The position numbers were made by a program, and so were the translations under genes. The notes beneath the pieces are model-generated. The model searched no databases and had not been told where the DNA came from. It saw only the letters and a program-made list of their open reading frames with translations. Positions 26,405 to 31,282 of a stretch of DNA of 31,282 bases are shown here, one piece after another. The stretch is from Bacteriovoracaceae bacterium (GTDB taxonomy: Bacteria; Bdellovibrionota; Bacteriovoracia; Bacteriovoracales; Bacteriovoracaceae), in contig JBFGZE010000030.1 of the NCBI GenBank assembly GCA_041586955.1, positions 1 to 31,282 of the forward strand. The letters are read 5' to 3'. How positions within the stretch are numbered: position 1 is the stretch's first letter; every line of letters begins with the position of its first letter.

Positions 26405-28762
26405 CTAAGAACCGCACATGACACAATCATCGGGATTTTCAATGGAGCAAATCATCGCCGCTGCATTCTCTGCAGCACTTTTTGTATCGTCAGCGGTATT
26501 GTTTTTAACTGTAAATTGAACAGCATTAACCGCAGCACGAGTTCTTAGGTAATACATCCCTGTTTTAAGACCTGCCTTCCAGGCATAAAAATGCATGGAA
26601 GATAATTTACCAAAGTTAGGATCTTCCATATGAACATTCATACTTTGACCTTGATCGATATAAGGAGCACGGCCTTGGGCCAAGTCAATCACTGACTTTT
26701 GCTTGATTTCCCAAACCGTTTTATAAAGCTCTTTTATCTCTTCGGGAATACGCTCGATCGATTGAATTGAACCGCTATTAGCGATAATTTCATTTCTCAT
26801 CTCGTCGTCCCAAAGACCTTGTGCCACAAGATCGGCCACGAGGTATTTATTAACCACAGCGAATTCCCCGGATAGCACACGGCGGACATAAATATTAGAT
26901 GTGATCGGCTCAAAGCATTCGTTATTACCAAGGATTTGGCTGGTTGAAGCAGTTGGCATAGGGGCGACTAATAAGGAGTTGCGCACGCCATGTTGCTTGA
27001 CTTCTTCTTTAAGCGCATTCCAATCCCAGTTTTTACCTTCTGGCGTTACATTCCATAAGTCAAATTGAAACTGGCCTTGAGAAATAGGTGACCCCTCATA
27101 GGTTTGATAGGGGCCATCTTTGATTGCCAAGTCTTTTGAGGCGGTAAGGGCAGCAAAATAGATCGTTTCAAAGATCTCGTTATTAAGAGTTAATGCCTCC
27201 TGAGATTCAAATGGTAAGCGCATAAGAAAAAAGGTGTCCGCTAGGCCTTGAACCCCAAGCCCGATTGGGCGGTGGCGCATATTGGAGTTTTTCGCCTCGG
27301 GAACCGGGTAGTAATTGATATCAATAATGCGATTTAAGTTAAGAGTCGCGCGGTAAACAACATCATAAAGTTTCTTATGATTGTATTTCCCGTCCTCAAC
27401 AAAGCGGTTAAGGGCAATGCTCGCAAGATTACACACGGCCACTTCGTCAGGGCTAGTATACTCCATTATTTCAGTACAAAGATTAGAAGACTTAATAGTC
27501 CCTAAGTTCTTTTGATTGGATTTCTCATTCACAGAATCTTTGTAGAGCATATAGGGGGAGCCAGTTTCAATTTGGCTCTCTAAAACGCTGAACCAAAGAT
27601 CTTGTGCTCGGATCACCTTTTTAGCGAGGCCCTTCTCTTCATAACTTTTATAGAGCTTTTCAAATTCAGCGCCGTAGCAATCAGCAAGGCCTGGGGCCTC
27701 ATGTGGGCAGAAAAGTGACCACATTCCGTCCTCTTCAACACGCTTCATGAAAAGGTCGGGGATCCACATGGCGTAGAAAAGGTCACGTGCACGTTGCTCA
27801 TCCTTGCCCGTATTTTTCTTCATTTCGAGAAAGTCATGGATATCAGCATGCCATGGCTCAAGGTAAATGGCGAAGGCCCCTTTACGCTTTCCACCACCCT
27901 GGTCAACATAACGAGCGGTATCGTTGAAGACCTTAAGCATTGGTACAACGCCATTACTGGTACCATTGGTGCCTTTAATAAAAGAGCCTTTGGCGCGAAT
28001 ATTATGGATGGATAAACCAATACCGCCTGCGCTTTGAGAAATAAGTGCCGTTTGTTTAAGAGTTGAGTAAATTCCCTCGATACTATCTTCTTGCATTGTT
28101 AAGAGAAAACAACTGGATAGTTGAGGTTTATTTGTTCCCGCATTAAAAAGCGTAGGGGAAGCATGAGTAAAGTATTTTTCACTCATAAGATTATAAGTTT
28201 CGATGGCCGCATCGATGTTATTCATATGGATCCCAACAGAGACCCGCATAAGCATTTGACCTGGTCTTTCAACGATCTTACCGTTCATCTTAAGAAGGTA
28301 GCTACGCTCAAGTGTTTTAAAGCCAAAGTAATCGTAACCAAAATCTCTTTTATCGACGATTGCTTTATCAAGTCGTTCAGCATTGGCCATGACAGTCTCG
28401 TAAAGCTCTTTTGAGACGAGAGGACTGTATTCGCCGGTCACTTCGTTGACACAGTTATACATGTTTTTAATATTTTCACTGAAGCAGCCGCGTGTTTCTT
28501 TATGCAAATTGCTGGTGGCAATACGCCCAGCAAGTCTTGCATAGTCAGGCTGCTTGGTGGCCATATAAGCGGCCGTTTCTGCGGCCAATTGATCCAATTC
28601 TCTGGTGCTAATACCGTCGTAAATACCTTCAATTACTTTTTGAGTAATGAGTGTGCTGTCAATTGAATCAGCATGGAGTCCGAATGTTAATTGATTAATT
28701 CTTTCAGTGATTTTATCAAATTTAATGGGCTCTCGTTCACCGCTCCGTGTGATTACGTACAT
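26405..28762 (-). CDS. nrdA: Class Ia ribonucleotide reductase alpha subunit (eukaryote-like type) with ATP cone
   Basis: ATP cone, [47 protein letters not shown]-terminal CVMC. Confidence 0.98.
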   Translation of the reverse strand: MYVITRSGEREPIKFDKITERINQLTFGLHADSIDSTLITQKVIEGIYDGISTRELDQLAAETAAYMATKQPDYARLAGRIATSNLHKETRGCFSENIKNMYNCVNEVTGEYSPLVSKELYETVMANAERLDKAIVDKRDFGYDYFGFKTLERSYLLKMNGKIVERPGQMLMRVSVGIHMNNIDAAIETYNLMSEKYFTHASPTLFNAGTNKPQLSSCFLLTMQEDSIEGIYSTLKQTALISQSAGGIGLSIHNIRAKGSFIKGTNGTSNGVVPMLKVFNDTARYVDQGGGKRKGAFAIYLEPWHADIHDFLEMKKNTGKDEQRARDLFYAMWIPDLFMKRVEEDGMWSLFCPHEAPGLADCYGAEFEKLYKSYEEKGLAKKVIRAQDLWFSVLESQIETGSPYMLYKDSVNEKSNQKNLGTIKSSNLCTEIMEYTSPDEVAVCNLASIALNRFVEDGKYNHKKLYDVVYRATLNLNRIIDINYYPVPEAKNSNMRHRPIGLGVQGLADTFFLMRLPFESQEALTLNNEIFETIYFAALTASKDLAIKDGPYQTYEGSPISQGQFQFDLWNVTPEGKNWDWNALKEEVKQHGVRNSLLVAPMPTASTSQILGNNECFEPITSNIYVRRVLSGEFAVVNKYLVADLVAQGLWDDEMRNEIIANSGSIQSIERIPEEIKELYKTVWEIKQKSVIDLAQGRAPYIDQGQSMNVHMEDPNFGKLSSMHFYAWKAGLKTGMYYLRTRAAVNAVQFTVKNNTADDTKSAAENAAAMICSIENPDDCVMCGS

Positions 28763-28764
28763 AA

Positions 28765-29733
28765 TTAAAACTCCGCATCTAAAGTAAAGACATTTTGTGT
28801 TTTATCACTCATAACGCCTGATTTTTGATATTCTGAAACTCTTTTTTCAAAAAAATTCGTTTTCCCCTCGAGACTGATTAATTCCATCCAATCGAAAGGA
28901 TTATCGGAATTAAATGCCTTTGGGCATCCTAATTGATCAAGCCAATGATCAGCAACAAATTCAATATATTGTTTCATCAGATCGGCGTTGATACCAATGA
29001 GAGACACGGGTAATGCCTCGCTAATAAATTCTTTTTCGATTTCCACCGCTTCCAAAATAATAGAAGTAATCGTTTCTTTAGTCGCTTGATTTTCTTTTTC
29101 GAGCATACCGTGCAAGAGACAAGCGAATTCACAATGAAGCCCTTCATCACGGCTAATAAATTCGTTGGAGGTGCAAAGGCCCGGCATAAGGCCTCGTTTT
29201 TTCAGCCAGAAAATAGCACAAAATGAACCAGAGAAGAAGATCCCTTCAATCGCGGCAAAGGCCACCATTCGCTCGGCAAAAGAGCGGTCAGACTGGATCC
29301 ATTTCATGGCCCAGCTGGCCTTCTTCGCGACACAGGGAAGGTGGTCTATCGCTGTAAATAGCTTCATTTTTTCTGCTTGATCTTTAACGTATGTATCGAT
29401 CAAAAGGCTATAAGTTTCACTATGGATATTCTCCATGGCGATTTGGAACCCGTAAAAGCAGCGAGCTTCAGGAATTTGTACGTCATTGTAAAAACGTTGC
29501 GCTAAATTTTCATTCACAATGCCATCACTCGCGGCAAAAAAGGCCAGGACGTGAGTAATGAAATGTCTCTCATTATCAGTAAGCTTTTCCCAGTCGGCAA
29601 GATCAGGAATGAGATCAATCTCTTCAGAAGTCCAGAAAACTGCCATATGTTTTTTGTACATCTCCCAAACAGCGTGGTGTTCGAGTGGAAAAATGACAAA
29701 GCGCTTGTCACTTGGTGTGAGGATTGGATCCAT
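28765..29733 (-). CDS. nrdB: Class Ia ribonucleotide reductase beta subunit
   Basis: [43 protein letters not shown]-terminal FTLDAEF; GGGAGG SD. Confidence 0.98.
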   Translation of the reverse strand: MDPILTPSDKRFVIFPLEHHAVWEMYKKHMAVFWTSEEIDLIPDLADWEKLTDNERHFITHVLAFFAASDGIVNENLAQRFYNDVQIPEARCFYGFQIAMENIHSETYSLLIDTYVKDQAEKMKLFTAIDHLPCVAKKASWAMKWIQSDRSFAERMVAFAAIEGIFFSGSFCAIFWLKKRGLMPGLCTSNEFISRDEGLHCEFACLLHGMLEKENQATKETITSIILEAVEIEKEFISEALPVSLIGINADLMKQYIEFVADHWLDQLGCPKAFNSDNPFDWMELISLEGKTNFFEKRVSEYQKSGVMSDKTQNVFTLDAEF

Positions 29734-30179
29734 TATGCCTCCCGTGCAATTCTATTCCAGCTAAATTTTAGTGTATGTGTCGCTGGGTTTTATCCAAAAA
29801 AAAGTTAATCAAAACCTTTTTTATGTTGTTTTTGAGGGCCCATAAATATCTGTTGTGAGCGAAGTTAGACTAACAATCCGTTTGGCCTTTGAACACTAGA
29901 ATTTTTTTTGATTTTCTCACTTTAAATTCAATAAATTAGATACCAACACTTGAAACTACTTTAAATAGGGGGTTTGGGGCATTGTCGCTCAAACCGTAAA
30001 AGTTCTAAAATGACCTTACATTTCAATCGGGAATTTGTGCTTCGCTATAGACGCGGGATTTCATGCGCAAAGTTTTGACATAAATTGAAGAGTTTAGTCT
30101 TGACAACCTCTGGCCTTCCTTTTTGCTTCTAATTGAACTGAAACTTTTACGGATTTTATTATTGCGCAGCTGGAGTACC

Positions 30180-30210
30180 AAAAAAAAGACCTCTTAAAAA
30201 GAGGTCCTTT
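30180..30210 (-). terminator. Rho-independent terminator downstream of the desaturase
   Basis: A-run-GACCTCTT-aaa-AAGAGGTC, giving hairpin plus U-tract on the minus strand. Confidence 0.85.
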
Positions 30211-30235
30211 CATCTATCTAAAGCTGATCAATTAT

Positions 30236-31261
30236 TTAGGCCGCGACACATTGGCGCTGCCAATGGCGGTAAGCTTGGTAGAGGTACTGATGAGTAATAA
30301 TTCCTGGCGCCTCCTTACTCTTTTGTTTTAACAAAGCGAAATGGCCTACCAATGAATCGTAAACATGCGCTAATTGCTCTTGTTTATGGGAAGGTAATTG
30401 CTCCCAATCTTTATTGACTTTAGCGCGAAAGATTTCTTCCCATGGAGTACTTTTTAGATTTGTGGCCAAACCCAATTTTGCGAGAACCAGTATTAACCAT
30501 TTTGTGGGGTCAAAATCATACCAGCGGATACCGTTTCTATAATCAGTTTGAAAGCGGTGGTGAAAATTATGATAACCTTCGCCAAAAGTAAGAAAAGCGA
30601 TCCAGCCATTATCACGGGCAGTACTCTTTTCATCAAAGGGTTTACGGCCCCAAACGTGGGCCAGAGAATTAATAAAAAAGGTTGAATGGTGAATGGCCAC
30701 AATTTTAAAAAGGCCACCGATTAAAAGTCCTCCCCAGAAATTACCAAGAGCAAGACCTATAAGGGCAGGTAGGATAATTCCAAAGAGGATGGCAATGGCG
30801 ATGTAATACTTATGCTGGAACATGACCATACGGTTAGCAAGAAGATCTTTAGGAAAGGGAAAGCGCTCAATATGGGGGTCTTGGTTAACTATCCAACCCA
30901 TATGCGCCCACATAAAACCTTCGTTGATATTATAGGGGTCGAGATCCTTATCGGCATGGGTATGGTGACGGCGATGATCTGTAGACCATTTCAAGCATGA
31001 GTTTTGAAAAGCGGTGGCACCAAATACCAAAAGTAAAAATTGGACAATAGGGTGAGCTTGAAAGGCGCGGTGAGAAAAGAGCCGATGATATCCAGCTGTA
31101 ATTGAAATACCAGCAAGGGTAAAAAAGCCTAGAAATAGGGCAACGAGCGTCAGATCAAAACGACCGTCAATAAAGTAATAACTGATGGCCCCTGATATTC
31201 CTGCTGTGTGTAAGAAGGTGAGCCAAAACCAATTGAATTTGTCTGGAGTTTTAGTTTTCAT
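30236..31261 (-). CDS. Delta-9 acyl-CoA (fatty acid) desaturase
   Basis: Three His boxes HRLFSH, HRRHH, HNFHH; INSLAH, GEGYHN, DYRNG, DPTKW; multiple TM segments. Confidence 0.95.
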   Translation of the reverse strand: MKTKTPDKFNWFWLTFLHTAGISGAISYYFIDGRFDLTLVALFLGFFTLAGISITAGYHRLFSHRAFQAHPIVQFLLLVFGATAFQNSCLKWSTDHRRHHTHADKDLDPYNINEGFMWAHMGWIVNQDPHIERFPFPKDLLANRMVMFQHKYYIAIAILFGIILPALIGLALGNFWGGLLIGGLFKIVAIHHSTFFINSLAHVWGRKPFDEKSTARDNGWIAFLTFGEGYHNFHHRFQTDYRNGIRWYDFDPTKWLILVLAKLGLATNLKSTPWEEIFRAKVNKDWEQLPSHKQEQLAHVYDSLVGHFALLKQKSKEAPGIITHQYLYQAYRHWQRQCVAA

Positions 31262-31282
31262 GAGTAAAGGATAACATGTGAA

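Noticed and set aside
29755..29860. NrdR-box-like sequences upstream of nrdB (ACACTAAAATTTAGCT; ACAACAGATATTTATG on the minus strand)
   Set aside because: Spacing or core positions deviate from acaCwAtATaTwGtgt; no convincing tandem pair
29734..30180. Cobalamin riboswitch upstream of the RNR genes
   Set aside because: No B12-box or GCCACTG-type conserved elements found on the minus strand
5440..31261. A single eukaryote-derived island (dermatopontin, Kazal, eukaryote-like RNR, OLE1-like desaturase)
   Set aside because: The genes are scattered among ordinary housekeeping genes, have bacterial SD and terminator signals, and no mobility marks link them
1..31282. CRISPR array, transposase, prophage or defence system
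   Set aside because: No regularly spaced direct repeats or recognisable protein motifs for these

Overview
Gene-dense, AT-leaning bacterial chromosomal window with no mobile element, CRISPR array or rRNA. The gene mix suggests a predatory Bdellovibrionota (Bacteriovoracales-like) genome, but that is inference only. Housekeeping content: fadI-fadJ beta-oxidation plus a LolC/E-like permease, tex, a tRNA with CAU anticodon, tilS-ftsH-folP, a 2-hydroxyacid dehydrogenase, a class Ia ribonucleotide reductase in nrdB-nrdA order and a delta-9 acyl-CoA desaturase. Interspersed are secreted or surface proteins: two S1 serine protease paralogs, two tandem S8 subtilases, endonuclease I, a Kazal-type inhibitor, a solute-binding protein and a CsbD-like protein. 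There is also a degenerate REC/HD-GYP signalling protein. The most striking item is an orphan type IV pilin (5440-6522) that lacks Glu5 and carries three tandem dermatopontin / Limulus hemagglutinin-like repeats, a candidate pilus-tip adhesin. Other leads: a small protein ending in an SspB-like ClpX-binding tail, subtilases with no propeptide but a shared PLPNPF C-terminus, a eukaryote-like RNR, and a divergent TilS head-to-head with a CAU tRNA. All calls come from motif recognition by eye; no searches were run.
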